NCBI GenBank assembly: GCA_965228895.1 | Contig: OZ245842.1 | Span: 768,001 to 832,000, forward strand | Reading direction: 5' to 3' | DNA length: 64,000 nucleotides | DNA from: Alphaproteobacteria bacterium | Lineage (GTDB): Bacteria > Pseudomonadota > Alphaproteobacteria > SP197 | Position numbers and translations under genes: made by a program | Notes under the pieces: generated by a model | Told to the model about the DNA's origin: nothing | Seen by the model: the letters and a program-made list of their open reading frames with translations, nothing else | The model's database searches: none | Shown: positions 28,516 through 38,725 of the stretch, piece after piece | Numbering within the stretch: position 1 is the first letter of the stretch | Layout: every line of letters starts with the position of its first letter

Positions 28516-30351
28516 CTATTCCTTCAGCGCCTCTTCGGCTTCCTCAAGTTCGGTGGCGAGCCCGGGATCAATCCACCAGGTGTTGAAACCCAGGCCGAAG
28601 CGCGGCGGGATTTCCGGGCTCATGAACTTGTCCCAATAGGCTACCCGGTAAATTTGCACATGCCAGTTCGGGATGACGTAGTGGTTCCATAACAGCACGC
28701 GGTCGAGCGCGCGTGTGGCGGTCACCAGCGATTGCCTGTCTTCGGCAAAGATGACCTCATCGATCAGGGCGTCGACAACGGGGTTCTTGATGCCGATCAG
28801 GTTGCGGCTGCCGTCGATATCGGCGGAGTCCGAACCCCAGAAGTCCCGTTGTTCATTGCCCGGCGACTGGGATTGGCCGAACACCGCGACGGTCATGTCG
28901 AAGTCGAAACTGTCCATGCGGTTCTGGTATTGCGCGGCGTCGACCGTACGCAGGCTGGTCTTGACACCAAGTCGTTCGAGATTGCGCGAAAACGGCTGGA
29001 CGATGCGCTCGAATGCCGGGTTCACCAGCAGGATTTCAATCTCCATCGGCCCGCCGTTGGGGCCGGTCAGAACGCCGTCCTGAATCGTCCACCCCGCCTC
29101 TTCCAGCAGACCTCTGGCGGCCCTCAAGCCCTCGCGAATGTTGCCTGACCCGTCGCTTGTCGGAGGATCATAAACTTCGGTGAAGACTTCCGGCGGCAGC
29201 TGATCTCGATAGGGCTCGAGTAGCGCCAGTTCCGCCTCGCTCGGCAAATCGGTTGCCGCGAGTTCGGAGTTTGAAAAGTAGCTCTTGGTCCGCGTGTACT
29301 GGCCATAGAACAGGTTCTGGTTCGACCATTCGAAGTCGAACGCATAGGCCAGCGCTTGGCGCACCCTCGGGTCGGCAAACTTGTCGCGGCGCAGGTTGAA
29401 GATGAATGCCTGCATGCCGGTCGGATTCTCGTGGACGATTTCCTCCAGAATGATCAGGCCCTGATCGACCGCCGGGCTCGCATAGGCGGTCGCCCATGTC
29501 TTCGAAACGTTCTCCTGGCGGAAGTCATACTCGTGCGCCTTGAACGCCTCGACCGCGACGGAGTCGTCACGGTAATAGTCGTATCGCATGGTGCCAAAGT
29601 TGTACCGGCCGACATTGACGGGCAGATCCTTGCCCCAATAGTCGTCGACCCGCTCGTAGGTGATGGAGCGCCCGGCATCGACCGAGGCGATACGGTAGGG
29701 GCCACTGCCCAAGGGCGGCTCCAGAGTCGTCTCAGCGAAGGTCTGGTCGGCATAGTAGTGTTTCGGCAACACGACCATCTGACCCATGATCAAGGGCAGC
29801 TCACGGTTGCCTTCCTGATCAAAGGTGAACTTCACCTTGCCGCCGCCCATGTCTTCGGCGCTGACAACGTTGGCGTAGTAGGCACTATAAAACGGATGGC
29901 CCTCGTTCTTCAGGGTTTCGAACGTCCAGATCACGTCGTCCACCGTCAGCGGCGTGCCGTCGTGCCAACGCGCCTCAGGCCTCAGCGTGAACGCGACCCA
30001 CGAGCGGTCGGCCGGGATTTCAACCGTTTCGGCAAGCAGGCCATACTCAGAGAACGCTTCATCTTCGGAATTCACCATCAGCGTATCGAAGACGTTACCG
30101 ATGCCGGCGGCGGGTGTGCCGCGCAGGATGAATGCGTTTAGGCTGTCATAGGTGCCGCGTGCCGACAGCCTGACCTCACCGCCCTTGACGGCGTTCGGAT
30201 CGGTGTACTCGAAATGGGTGAAGTCGGGTCCGTACTTGAGGTCGTCGTACATCGAGATGCCGTGGCCGACATAGACGTCGCCGTCGTCCTGGGCGGAAGC
30301 CGGAAAGGCGATCAAAAGGGCCAGGCTGGCAAGTACGGCAAATCGGCGCAT
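28516..30351 (-). CDS. yejA: Peptide ABC transporter substrate-binding protein YejA
   Basis: Signal peptide, [24 protein letters not shown] and ALDRVL motifs. Confidence 0.9.
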   Translation of the reverse strand: MRRFAVLASLALLIAFPASAQDDGDVYVGHGISMYDDLKYGPDFTHFEYTDPNAVKGGEVRLSARGTYDSLNAFILRGTPAAGIGNVFDTLMVNSEDEAFSEYGLLAETVEIPADRSWVAFTLRPEARWHDGTPLTVDDVIWTFETLKNEGHPFYSAYYANVVSAEDMGGGKVKFTFDQEGNRELPLIMGQMVVLPKHYYADQTFAETTLEPPLGSGPYRIASVDAGRSITYERVDDYWGKDLPVNVGRYNFGTMRYDYYRDDSVAVEAFKAHEYDFRQENVSKTWATAYASPAVDQGLIILEEIVHENPTGMQAFIFNLRRDKFADPRVRQALAYAFDFEWSNQNLFYGQYTRTKSYFSNSELAATDLPSEAELALLEPYRDQLPPEVFTEVYDPPTSDGSGNIREGLRAARGLLEEAGWTIQDGVLTGPNGGPMEIEILLVNPAFERIVQPFSRNLERLGVKTSLRTVDAAQYQNRMDSFDFDMTVAVFGQSQSPGNEQRDFWGSDSADIDGSRNLIGIKNPVVDALIDEVIFAEDRQSLVTATRALDRVLLWNHYVIPNWHVQIYRVAYWDKFMSPEIPPRFGLGFNTWWIDPGLATELEEAEEALKE

Positions 30352-30474
30352 GAAGATCTCCTGCGTCTTGGCGGCGGTTACGCCGGTTGTTCGTCGAAGG
30401 TGCGGCGGTTGTATGGCCGGGACCGGACCAAGGGGCGCCAATCTAGCCCCGAAGGCGCGTTCATCACGGCTATT

Positions 30475-31251
30475 TTACCCATCGATGAGCGCCAGGCACT
30501 GCTCGTGGAGCGCGGGGTCGCCGACAGCCAGAATCCGGCCGTCGGAAGAAGGACGCATGGGTCGGCCTTGCCAATCGCTGACCACGCCGCCGGCATTGCG
30601 GATCAGGGCCGTCGGGGCGGCGAAATCGTGCTGGTGCAAATCGGCGTCGATCATCACATCGTGAAAACCCATGGCGAGCAGGCCGTAATCATAACACTCG
30701 CCGCCATACATCACCCATTTGCCGGCCCTGTGCACCGGGCGCATGGCGTCATAAGCGTAGTATGCGTAGTCGTCGGGCCCGGACGTGGTGACCACCGCAT
30801 CGGCCAGTCGGGGGCAGGCCCGGGTCCGGATTGCCTCTCCGTTCATGGTGGCGCCGTGGCCGTCGGCGCCGATCCAGCGTTCGCGTAGGACTGGCTGGTC
30901 GACCAAGCCGAGTACATAATCGTCGCCGTGGCGCAGCGCAATCAGCGTGCCGAACATCGGAATGCCGCAGACAAAGGACTTGGTGCCGTCGATCGGGTCG
31001 ACGATCCAGACGAACTCCGCATCCGGGCGGGTCGGCTCATACTCCTCGCCGATCACGCCGTGATCGGGCGCGTGCTTGTCGACGAGGTCGCGCACCATCT
31101 GTTCGACCGCCTTGTCGATCTCGGTCACCGGTGTCTTGTCTGCTTTGGTCTCGGTATCGAAGTCGCGCCGAAACTTGGCGCGGACGATGTCGCCGCTGGC
31201 GTCCGCCATCTGGTGCGCCAGAGCGATAAAAGCGTCGGGAACGAGGATCAT
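30475..31251 (-). CDS. Inositol monophosphatase family, histidinol-phosphatase (HisN)-like, paralog 1
   Basis: PVTEID, GEE, DPIDGTKSF and GTLIAL motifs. Confidence 0.85.
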   Translation of the reverse strand: MILVPDAFIALAHQMADASGDIVRAKFRRDFDTETKADKTPVTEIDKAVEQMVRDLVDKHAPDHGVIGEEYEPTRPDAEFVWIVDPIDGTKSFVCGIPMFGTLIALRHGDDYVLGLVDQPVLRERWIGADGHGATMNGEAIRTRACPRLADAVVTTSGPDDYAYYAYDAMRPVHRAGKWVMYGGECYDYGLLAMGFHDVMIDADLHQHDFAAPTALIRNAGGVVSDWQGRPMRPSSDGRILAVGDPALHEQCLALIDG

Positions 31252-31293
31252 GAGGCGAATGTGCCCGGCTGGGGGGCCGCGATCAAGGTCATG

Positions 31294-32070
31294 TCAGAAG
31301 TCGAGCAACCGGATCGCCTGTTCATGTAACCGGGGATCGCCGGAGGCCAGGGTTCGCCCGGCATAGGTGATGTCGACCGGGCCGCCCTTCAGATCGGACA
31401 GGATACCGCCGGCATTACGCACGACCGGTTCCAGGGCGGCGATGTCGTCGATGCCCAGCTCGGCCTCGATCGCCAGATCCAGCGCGCCGTTGGCCATGGC
31501 GCCATAGGCAAAACACTCCAGGCCGTACATCAGCCAGCGGATGCTTTGGCGCAGCGGTGCGACCTTCGGCTCGTCGGCCTCGGTCTGGGCATCGGCGCCG
31601 ACGGCGGCCATGACCGCCTGGTCCAGCGTCGGACAGGCGCGCGTCTTCACCGGATGGCCGTTGTGCGTCGTGCCGTGGCCATCCGCGCCCATCCAGCGGT
31701 CGCCGGTAATCGGCTGATCGATGATGCCCAGCACATAACGGCCGTGGTGGGCCAGGCCGATCAGGCAACCGAAGGTCGGTTTTCCTTTCAAGAAGCTCTT
31801 GGTGCCATCCAGCGGGTCGACCAGCCAGACCCACTCGGCATCGCCGCGGACGGTGGAAAACTCTTCGCCGTGGATGCCGTGGTCGGGGTAGTGCGCCTCG
31901 ATCAGCGTGCGCACCGCCGTCTCGGCTTCGCGGTCGGCCTTGGTTACGGGGCTTTCGTCCTGTTTGGCTTCCGAAGTGATGCCGCTCCTGAAGTACTGGC
32001 GCAGCACGGCGCTGTCGGCATCGGCCAGACGCTGAGCGAAGGTCACGAGTTCGGGCGGGACGGTTTCCAT
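31294..32070 (-). CDS. Inositol monophosphatase family, HisN-like, paralog 2
   Basis: SPVTKADREAE, GEE and DPLDGTKSF motifs; ATG at 32070. Confidence 0.85.
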   Translation of the reverse strand: METVPPELVTFAQRLADADSAVLRQYFRSGITSEAKQDESPVTKADREAETAVRTLIEAHYPDHGIHGEEFSTVRGDAEWVWLVDPLDGTKSFLKGKPTFGCLIGLAHHGRYVLGIIDQPITGDRWMGADGHGTTHNGHPVKTRACPTLDQAVMAAVGADAQTEADEPKVAPLRQSIRWLMYGLECFAYGAMANGALDLAIEAELGIDDIAALEPVVRNAGGILSDLKGGPVDITYAGRTLASGDPRLHEQAIRLLDF

Positions 32071-32183
32071 GGCGCGCGGACCATGCCGCCCGCTTGCCGA
32101 CTTGGCAACCTTGTGTGGTATATCCGGGTACATCGCGGTATGAGGCCGCTGGTGGAATTCCGGGCCAGAAAGGGGAAGGCGCC

Positions 32184-32942
32184 ATGGCGTTGAAAGCGGT
32201 CAGTTTCGACCTTTGGGACACGGTGATTCACGACGATTCCGACGAGCCCAAGCGCGCGGCCATGGGGCTGAAGAGCAAGGTCGACGAGCGCCGTCACCTG
32301 GTTGCCGATGCGCTTGAGCGTGCCGGCAACGCGGTCGACCTCAAGGCGGTTTCGGATGCCTATGACAAGGCCGACGAGGCCTTCAACAAGGCGTGGAAGG
32401 GCGACCACATCACATGGCCCATACGCCAGCGCCTGGAACTCGTGCTGTCCAATCTTGGCCATTCGCTGACCGACGACCTGATGAACGAGGTCGTGAAGGC
32501 GCATGAGCAGATGGAACTCGTCATCAAACCGGACCCCGTGCACGGGGTTGTCGACGCGGTTCGTGATCTCGCCGGGCGCTACCAGCTCTGTGTCGTGTCC
32601 GATGCCATCGTTTCGCCGGGAAAGGCGCTGCGCCAAATTTTGCACAGTTATGGCGTCGACCGTTTCTTTGACTCCTATGCCTTCTCAGACGAAATCGGCC
32701 ACTCCAAGCCGCACAAGGACATGTTCCAGCATGTCGCCGACGAGTTGGGCGTCACGTTCGAGGAAATGGTGCATGTCGGCGACCGCGACCACAACGATGT
32801 CAAAGGGCCGCAGGCGCTCGGTATGAAGGCTATTCTGTTCACCGCGACCCGCGATGCCGACAAGGAGGCGACGTCGGCCGACGCGATCTGCGAACGCCAC
32901 GGCGACCTGCCTGGCATCGTGGACCGCCTGGCGGCCGAGTAG
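32184..32942 (+). CDS. HAD superfamily hydrolase
   Basis: FDLWDT motif I, SKPH and HVGDRDHND. Confidence 0.85.
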   Translation: MALKAVSFDLWDTVIHDDSDEPKRAAMGLKSKVDERRHLVADALERAGNAVDLKAVSDAYDKADEAFNKAWKGDHITWPIRQRLELVLSNLGHSLTDDLMNEVVKAHEQMELVIKPDPVHGVVDAVRDLAGRYQLCVVSDAIVSPGKALRQILHSYGVDRFFDSYAFSDEIGHSKPHKDMFQHVADELGVTFEEMVHVGDRDHNDVKGPQALGMKAILFTATRDADKEATSADAICERHGDLPGIVDRLAAE

Positions 32943-32951
32943 GGGGTGGCC

Positions 32952-33812
32952 ATGGCCGACGACATTCGATTTCTGGTCATCGACGGCTACGCCAAGGACA
33001 GCCGCGACGAATTGGCCGCCGGTGGTTGCTCGGTGGCCGGCGAACTCTATGCCCGGCTTCTGAAGAAGCACCTGCCGGGCTCCCATGTCGACATCCTCTA
33101 TCCGTCCGACCCCGGCGCCGGCCTGCCCGAGGGCACGGGTCTGGAAGACTATGACGGCATCGCCTGGACCGGATGCAATCTGACGGCCTATGAGGAAGAG
33201 CCGAGGGTCGTCTCGCAGATTGACCTATCAAAACGGATCTTTGAGATCGGCACACCCAGCTTCGGCAGTTGCTGGGCGGCCCAGATCGCCGTGGCGGCGG
33301 CCGGCGGCATCGTGCGCGCCAGTCCCTATGGCCGCGAAATGGGCATCGGGCGGAAGATCAGCCTGACGCCGGAAGGTCGCGGCCACCCGATGTACGCCGG
33401 TAAACCGACCGTGTTCGACGCCTTCATCAGCCATGTCGATGAGGTGACCCATCTGCCGCCCGGCTCCCAGGTGCTGGCCGGCAACAACTTTTCGGCCGTG
33501 CAGTCGGTTTGCGTCACCTACAAGCGCGGCACATTCTGGGCGCCGCAATACCATATCGAATACGACCTGCACGAAATGGCGCGGCTGATCGCGTGTCGCA
33601 AAGACAAGCTCATGAAGCTCGGCTTCTTTCGCGATGGCGATCAATGCGATGCCTATGTCGCCCAGCTCGAAGCGCTGCATCAGGATCCCACGCGGTTCGA
33701 CATCGCCTGGGCGCTCGGCATCGACGACGATGTCATGCGCGAGGAGGTCCGCGAGCGGGAGCTGACCAATTGGATGGAACAACAGGTCTTGCCGAGAGCG
33801 GGTCGTCGTTAA
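32952..33812 (+). CDS. Type 1 glutamine amidotransferase-like protein
   Basis: Nucleophile FGSCWAAQ, SHVDEV and QYHIEY catalytic His-Glu. Confidence 0.85.
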   Translation: MADDIRFLVIDGYAKDSRDELAAGGCSVAGELYARLLKKHLPGSHVDILYPSDPGAGLPEGTGLEDYDGIAWTGCNLTAYEEEPRVVSQIDLSKRIFEIGTPSFGSCWAAQIAVAAAGGIVRASPYGREMGIGRKISLTPEGRGHPMYAGKPTVFDAFISHVDEVTHLPPGSQVLAGNNFSAVQSVCVTYKRGTFWAPQYHIEYDLHEMARLIACRKDKLMKLGFFRDGDQCDAYVAQLEALHQDPTRFDIAWALGIDDDVMREEVRERELTNWMEQQVLPRAGRR

Positions 33813-33931
33813 GTGGAACCGTTTGACGGTTCCACTTAACGACGTGAATCCGCTCTCCAGTTGCAAGTAGAGCAGATTCACCTGATATGATGGCATCGCA
33901 ATGCGATACCTTCATATCAGGATCTGCTCTA
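33794..33931. repeat. 138-nt multi-hairpin palindromic element (RIME/BRU-RS/RPE-like MITE)
   Basis: GAGAGCGG...CCGCTCTC and TAGAGCAGAT...ATCTGCTCTA nested inverted repeats; a perfect 19-bp IR at 33804..33822/33826..33844. Confidence 0.8.
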
Positions 33932-33941
33932 GGGTGCGCCG

Positions 33942-35177
33942 ATGATGATTCGGCTCGCCGCTCTAGTCTTCTTGCTGGCGGCGCCCGCCGCCGCGCAGAC
34001 GGACCTGTCGGGGCCGAACGAGCCGGTCGGTTACAAGTTTCTGATCACGCCGGAAGACCTGCCGCCTGCTTTTGCGACAGAGAGCTACTCTAACAGTGGC
34101 GAGTTGAACAAGCGGCCCGATCCCCCGGTGTTGAACGTGCCGGACGGTTTTGACGTCAATATCTTCGCCGAAGACCTCGATCACCCGCGTTGGATGACGA
34201 TTGCGCCCAATGGCGACGTCTTCCTGGCGCAGACGCGGCCCGGCAGGATCACGGTGCTGCGCGATACCGACGGCGATGGTACCGCCGATGAAACCTTCAC
34301 CTATCTGCGCGGGCTTGAAGCGCCGACAGGCATGGCCTTCCGCGACGGTTACTTCTATGTCGCCGATCTGGAGGCGGTGTGGCGGGTCCCCTACGAGGAC
34401 GGCGACACCGCGGCGCGCCAGGGGCCGGTGCCGATTACCGGTCAGGGGGCGTTGGGCGACCCCGACGGCCATTGGACGCGGACTTTGGTATTCGAGCCGG
34501 ACAGCGAGACGTTCTACGTTGCCATCGGGTCGCGCGGCAATGTCGGCATAGAACGGCTGCCGCGCGCGACGGTTCAGGTCTTTCGGGAGGGCGCGATGAC
34601 TCCTGAGACGTTCGCGTCCGGTCTCAGAAATCCGGTCGGTATCGACTTTCATCCGGACACCGGCGAGCTCTACGTCGTCGTCAACGAACGCGACGGCTAT
34701 GGCGACGACTTGGTGCCCGATTACTTCACGCGCATCCGCGAGGGCGAGTTCTTTGGCTGGCCTTATGCCTGGGCCAACGGCATTCCCGATCCGAAGTATG
34801 GTCCTGATGCGCCGGACATGGTCGAAAGGACGCTTCTGCCGGATGTCATGTTCCAGTCCCATTCCGCACCCATCGGGATGGTGTTCTATGACGGCACCAT
34901 GTTTCCCGATGCGTACACGGGCGATGCCTTCGTCGCGCTGCGCGGATCGTGGAACCGCTCGACACCCACCGGCTACAAGATCGTTCGCGTGCGCTTCGAA
35001 GACGGCCGGCCGGTGGGTGGTTATGAAAACTTCGCGACCGGCTTTTGGTTCGCTGGTGAAGAAAAGGCCGAGATTATTGGCCGACCGGCGGGGCTCGTTG
35101 TGGCGGCAGATGGCAGCCTCTTGATCGCCGACGACACGGGCAAGGCCGTCTGGCGCATCAGCTATACCGGCAGTTAA
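33942..35177 (+). CDS. PQQ-dependent sugar/L-sorbosone dehydrogenase family protein, exported
   Basis: Signal peptide, HWTR, SGLRNPVG, NERD, HSAP and GSWNRS motifs. Confidence 0.85.
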   Translation: MMIRLAALVFLLAAPAAAQTDLSGPNEPVGYKFLITPEDLPPAFATESYSNSGELNKRPDPPVLNVPDGFDVNIFAEDLDHPRWMTIAPNGDVFLAQTRPGRITVLRDTDGDGTADETFTYLRGLEAPTGMAFRDGYFYVADLEAVWRVPYEDGDTAARQGPVPITGQGALGDPDGHWTRTLVFEPDSETFYVAIGSRGNVGIERLPRATVQVFREGAMTPETFASGLRNPVGIDFHPDTGELYVVVNERDGYGDDLVPDYFTRIREGEFFGWPYAWANGIPDPKYGPDAPDMVERTLLPDVMFQSHSAPIGMVFYDGTMFPDAYTGDAFVALRGSWNRSTPTGYKIVRVRFEDGRPVGGYENFATGFWFAGEEKAEIIGRPAGLVVAADGSLLIADDTGKAVWRISYTGS

Positions 35178-35236
35178 TCGACCCTGCTTGAGCCGGGGAT
35201 GCTGATCCGGCGGCTTGGGACTATCATATAAGGGTC

Positions 35237-35794
35237 ATGGCCGACCAAAAACCAGCCGGACCCGTGAATCGCCGCGTACCCGACGGTGACAACCGCGAGC
35301 GCCTGGTGTGCGATGAATGCGGTTTCGTCGCCTATTCGAACCCCAAGGTCATGGTCGGAACCGTCGCGCATTGGCAGGACCGCATCCTGCTCTGCCGCCG
35401 CGAGATCGACCCGCGGGCCGGATTCTGGACCTTGCCGGCCGGTTTCCTGGAGAATGATGAAACCACCGCCGATGGTGCACGGCGCGAGGCGCGCGAGGAA
35501 TCAGGTGCCGATATTGAGCTTGAACACGTGCTTGCGGTGTACAGCATCCCGCGCATCAGTCAGGTTCAGGTGATCTATGCCGGCAAGCTGGTTACCCCGG
35601 ACATCTACGCAGGCGATGAGACACTGGAGGTCGGCCTGTTCGCCTGGAACGACATTCCGTGGGACGATTTGGCGTTCCCGTCCGTGCGCTGGGCGCTCAA
35701 CCATTGGCGTGACGTGCGTGAGACCGGCGATACGGCCGCCCGCTCCAACCCGCCAGGCGAGACCGGCAGCTACGTCGAGGGTTCGTCGATCTAG
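35237..35794 (+). CDS. NUDIX hydrolase with N-terminal zinc-ribbon-like domain
   Basis: PDGDNRERLVCDECG, NPK, and Nudix box GFLENDETTADGARREAREE. Confidence 0.88.
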   Translation: MADQKPAGPVNRRVPDGDNRERLVCDECGFVAYSNPKVMVGTVAHWQDRILLCRREIDPRAGFWTLPAGFLENDETTADGARREAREESGADIELEHVLAVYSIPRISQVQVIYAGKLVTPDIYAGDETLEVGLFAWNDIPWDDLAFPSVRWALNHWRDVRETGDTAARSNPPGETGSYVEGSSI

Positions 35795-35830
35795 GGAGTC
35801 TCAATTGGCCGGCACCGGCCAGCGGTAGAG

Positions 35831-36460
35831 CTAATCGACGTCCTTGGAGCTGTTGATGATGTGGGTGACGACGCCGTACTCCTTGGCTTCATCAGGCCCC
35901 ATCCAGTAATTGCGGTCGGTGTCCTTGGCGACACGCTCGATCGGCTGGCCGGTTTCCTCGGCGATGATCTGGTTAAGACGCTCGCGCATCTTGAGGATTT
36001 CCTTGGCCTCGATATCGATTTCGGTCGCCTTGCCGCCGACACCGCCCATGGGCTGGTGCAGCAGAAAGCGCGTGTTCGGGGTGCAGTAGCGGTTGTCCTT
36101 GGCGGCAGCCAGGAAGATATGCGCGCCGGCGCTGGCGACCCAGCCGGTGCCGATCACCTTCACCGGTGCGCGGACGAACTGGATCATGTCGTGGATGGCG
36201 TCACCGGACTCGACATGCCCGCCGGGCGAACTGATCACCATCTTGATCGGATCGGCGCCTTCTTCGTCCAGGGCCAGCAACTGGGCGACGGTCTCGCGCG
36301 CCATCTTTTCGTTGATCTCGCCGAACAGCAGGATCGTGCGGGCGTCGAACAGGATCTTCTGGACCGCGCGGTTCTTATCTTTCTTGCCCGACGACTTGCC
36401 GCTTTCCTTGTCGTCGTCATCGTCGTCGTCATCGTCGGCGCGGAGGTCAAAATCGATCAT
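35831..36460 (-). CDS. clpP: ATP-dependent Clp protease proteolytic subunit (stand-alone ClpP paralog)
   Basis: SPGGHVESG, catalytic VASAG, LLHQP and DTDRNYWM; AGGA SD before ATG 36460. Confidence 0.9.
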   Translation of the reverse strand: MIDFDLRADDDDDDDDDKESGKSSGKKDKNRAVQKILFDARTILLFGEINEKMARETVAQLLALDEEGADPIKMVISSPGGHVESGDAIHDMIQFVRAPVKVIGTGWVASAGAHIFLAAAKDNRYCTPNTRFLLHQPMGGVGGKATEIDIEAKEILKMRERLNQIIAEETGQPIERVAKDTDRNYWMGPDEAKEYGVVTHIINSSKDVD

Positions 36461-36562
36461 GATATCCTGTCCGTAGGGTAAAGGTCCGCCGGGCCCGGCA
36501 GCGGTCACTGACATAGGCAGCGGCGGCATGGAATGCAAGGCATTGCGCGGTAGAGCCCTCCA

Positions 36563-37486
36563 CTAGCCGAGGCCCATCAGGGACCTGGCAAAGTCGCGGG
36601 CGTCAAAGGGGCGCAGGTCTTCGGCGCTCTCGCCGACGCCGATCGCATGGATCGGCAGGCCGAAGCGGTCGGCCAGGCCGATAACGACACCGCCGCGCGC
36701 CGAACCGTCGAGCTTGGTCACGACCAGACCGCTGACATCGGCCATCTGGCCGAACGTCTCCGCCTGTGAGTGGGCGTTTTGGCCCGTGGTCGCGTCGAGC
36801 ACCAGGATGCGGTCATGGGGTGCATCGGGCACGAGCTTGGCGACGACCCGCAGAATTTTCTGCAGTTCGGCCATCAGCTCGTCCTTGTTATGCAGCCGAC
36901 CGGCGGTATCGATCAGCAGGATATCGGCATTGTGGGCCTGGGCACGTTGCAGAGCCTCATAGGCCAGGCCTGCGGCATCGCCGCCCTGTTTGCCGGAAAC
37001 GACCTCGGCGCCGGTCCGATCGCCCCAGATCTGAAGCTGCTCGATGGCCGCGGCGCGAAACGTGTCGCCTGCCGCCATCACGACCTTCTTGCCATCGTCG
37101 GCGAAGTGTTTGGCGAGCTTGCCGATTGTTGTCGTCTTGCCGGTGCCGTTGACGCCCATGACCAGGATGACGTGAGGACGGTTCGCGGAATCGGGCGCGA
37201 GTGGCTGCGCCAGTGGCTCCAGGATCTCCGCGATGCTGTCGGCGAGATCCTGGCGGACCTCCTCAGGGCTGACTTCCTTGTTGAAGCGTTTCTTGGCGAG
37301 GTCGGCGGTCAGTTTGGCCGAGGTGGCGACGCCGATGTCGGCGGCAATCAGGGCTTCTTCCAGTTCTTCGAGCGCATCGTCGTCAAGCCGCCGCTTGGTG
37401 AAGATCGCGCCGATGCTGTCGGTCAGCCGTCCGGACGAGCGTGACAGGCCGGCCTTCAGCCGGGAAAACCAACCGCCTTCGGCCAT
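36563..37486 (-). CDS. ftsY: Signal recognition particle receptor FtsY
   Basis: GVNGTGKTTT, DTFRAAA, DTAGRL and TKLDG motifs. Confidence 0.95.
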   Translation of the reverse strand: MAEGGWFSRLKAGLSRSSGRLTDSIGAIFTKRRLDDDALEELEEALIAADIGVATSAKLTADLAKKRFNKEVSPEEVRQDLADSIAEILEPLAQPLAPDSANRPHVILVMGVNGTGKTTTIGKLAKHFADDGKKVVMAAGDTFRAAAIEQLQIWGDRTGAEVVSGKQGGDAAGLAYEALQRAQAHNADILLIDTAGRLHNKDELMAELQKILRVVAKLVPDAPHDRILVLDATTGQNAHSQAETFGQMADVSGLVVTKLDGSARGGVVIGLADRFGLPIHAIGVGESAEDLRPFDARDFARSLMGLG

Positions 37487-38724
37487 CAGGCGGCCTCGGC
37501 CAACAGGGTTCCGTTGTCGATCCCCGTCAGTCGGGCGGATACCAGATCACCGTCGGGGGCATCGTGGGTCAGTTGGGCTGGCGCAAACTGTTCGGTCCGT
37601 CCGGACGATGCCTGTTCGACCAGGATGGTCGCGCGTTGGCCGACACGGGATCGAAGGAAGGCGTCCTGGGCGGCTTGGCCGGCGTTGCGCAGCCGCGCCG
37701 CACGGGCCTTGCGTTCGGCCTTTTCGACCTGGGGCATCTTGGCCGCCGGCGTGCCGGGTCGCGGTGAATAGGGGAAGACGTGCAGATAGGTCAGATCGCA
37801 ATCGGCAATATGATCCAATGTCGCCTGGAACATCGTCTCGGTCTCGGTCGGGAACCCGGCAATCAGATCGGCGCCGAACACCGCATCGGGACGCAAACGC
37901 CGCACGAGGTCGCAGAACGCGACGGCCTGCTCGGGTTGGTGACGGCGCTTCATGCGCTTCAGGATCATCGGATCGCCGGCCTGGAGTGAGAGATGCAGAT
38001 GCGGCATCAAGCGCGGCTCCTCGGCGATGACCCGGTAGAGGGTCTCGTCGATCTCGGCGACATCCAGCGATGTCAGCCTGAGGCGCGGCAGGTCCGGTAC
38101 CTGATCGAGCAGCGTGCGGACGAGATAACCCAGGCTCGGCTGGCCCGGCAGGTCGCCGCCCCATCCGGTGATGTCGACACCGGTCAGGACGACCTCGCGA
38201 TAGCCGCGTTCGACGAGGGTCCGGACTTCGTTGACGACGCGGCCCGCCGGCACGCTGCGGTTGTTGCCGCGGCCGAACGGGATGATGCAGAACGTGCAGC
38301 GGTGATCACAGCCGTTCTGGATTTCGACAAAGGCGCGCACGCGATCGTTGAAACTGGGCACCAGATGGGCCGCGGTCTCGCGCACGGCCATGATGTCGGT
38401 GACGTGGATGGCCGGGCCGTCGGATTTCGCCCAGGTTTGCGGCTCCAATTTCTCGACGTTGCCGACCACCTGATCGACTTCGGGTAGGTCGGCCCAAGCT
38501 TGCGGATTGATCTGGGCGGCACAGCCGGTAACGACGATCGTGGCGTCCGGGCGTTCGCGCCGCGCCCTTCGGATCTGTTGGCGCGCCTGGCGTTCGGCCT
38601 CCGCCGTGACGGCGCAGGTGTTCACGACGATAAGGTCGTCGCGGCCGGCGGCTTCCGCGTGGCCGCGGATGACACCGGACTCATAGGTGTTCAACCGGCA
38701 GCCGAAGGTCAGGACGTCGGTCAT
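37486..38724 (-). CDS. mtaB: tRNA t6A37 methylthiotransferase MtaB
   Basis: FGCRLN, NTCAVT, radical SAM CDHRCTFC, HVFPYSPRPGT; dapF-mtaB-ftsY synteny. Confidence 0.93.
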   Translation of the reverse strand: MTDVLTFGCRLNTYESGVIRGHAEAAGRDDLIVVNTCAVTAEAERQARQQIRRARRERPDATIVVTGCAAQINPQAWADLPEVDQVVGNVEKLEPQTWAKSDGPAIHVTDIMAVRETAAHLVPSFNDRVRAFVEIQNGCDHRCTFCIIPFGRGNNRSVPAGRVVNEVRTLVERGYREVVLTGVDITGWGGDLPGQPSLGYLVRTLLDQVPDLPRLRLTSLDVAEIDETLYRVIAEEPRLMPHLHLSLQAGDPMILKRMKRRHQPEQAVAFCDLVRRLRPDAVFGADLIAGFPTETETMFQATLDHIADCDLTYLHVFPYSPRPGTPAAKMPQVEKAERKARAARLRNAGQAAQDAFLRSRVGQRATILVEQASSGRTEQFAPAQLTHDAPDGDLVSARLTGIDNGTLLAEAA

Positions 38725-38725
38725 C

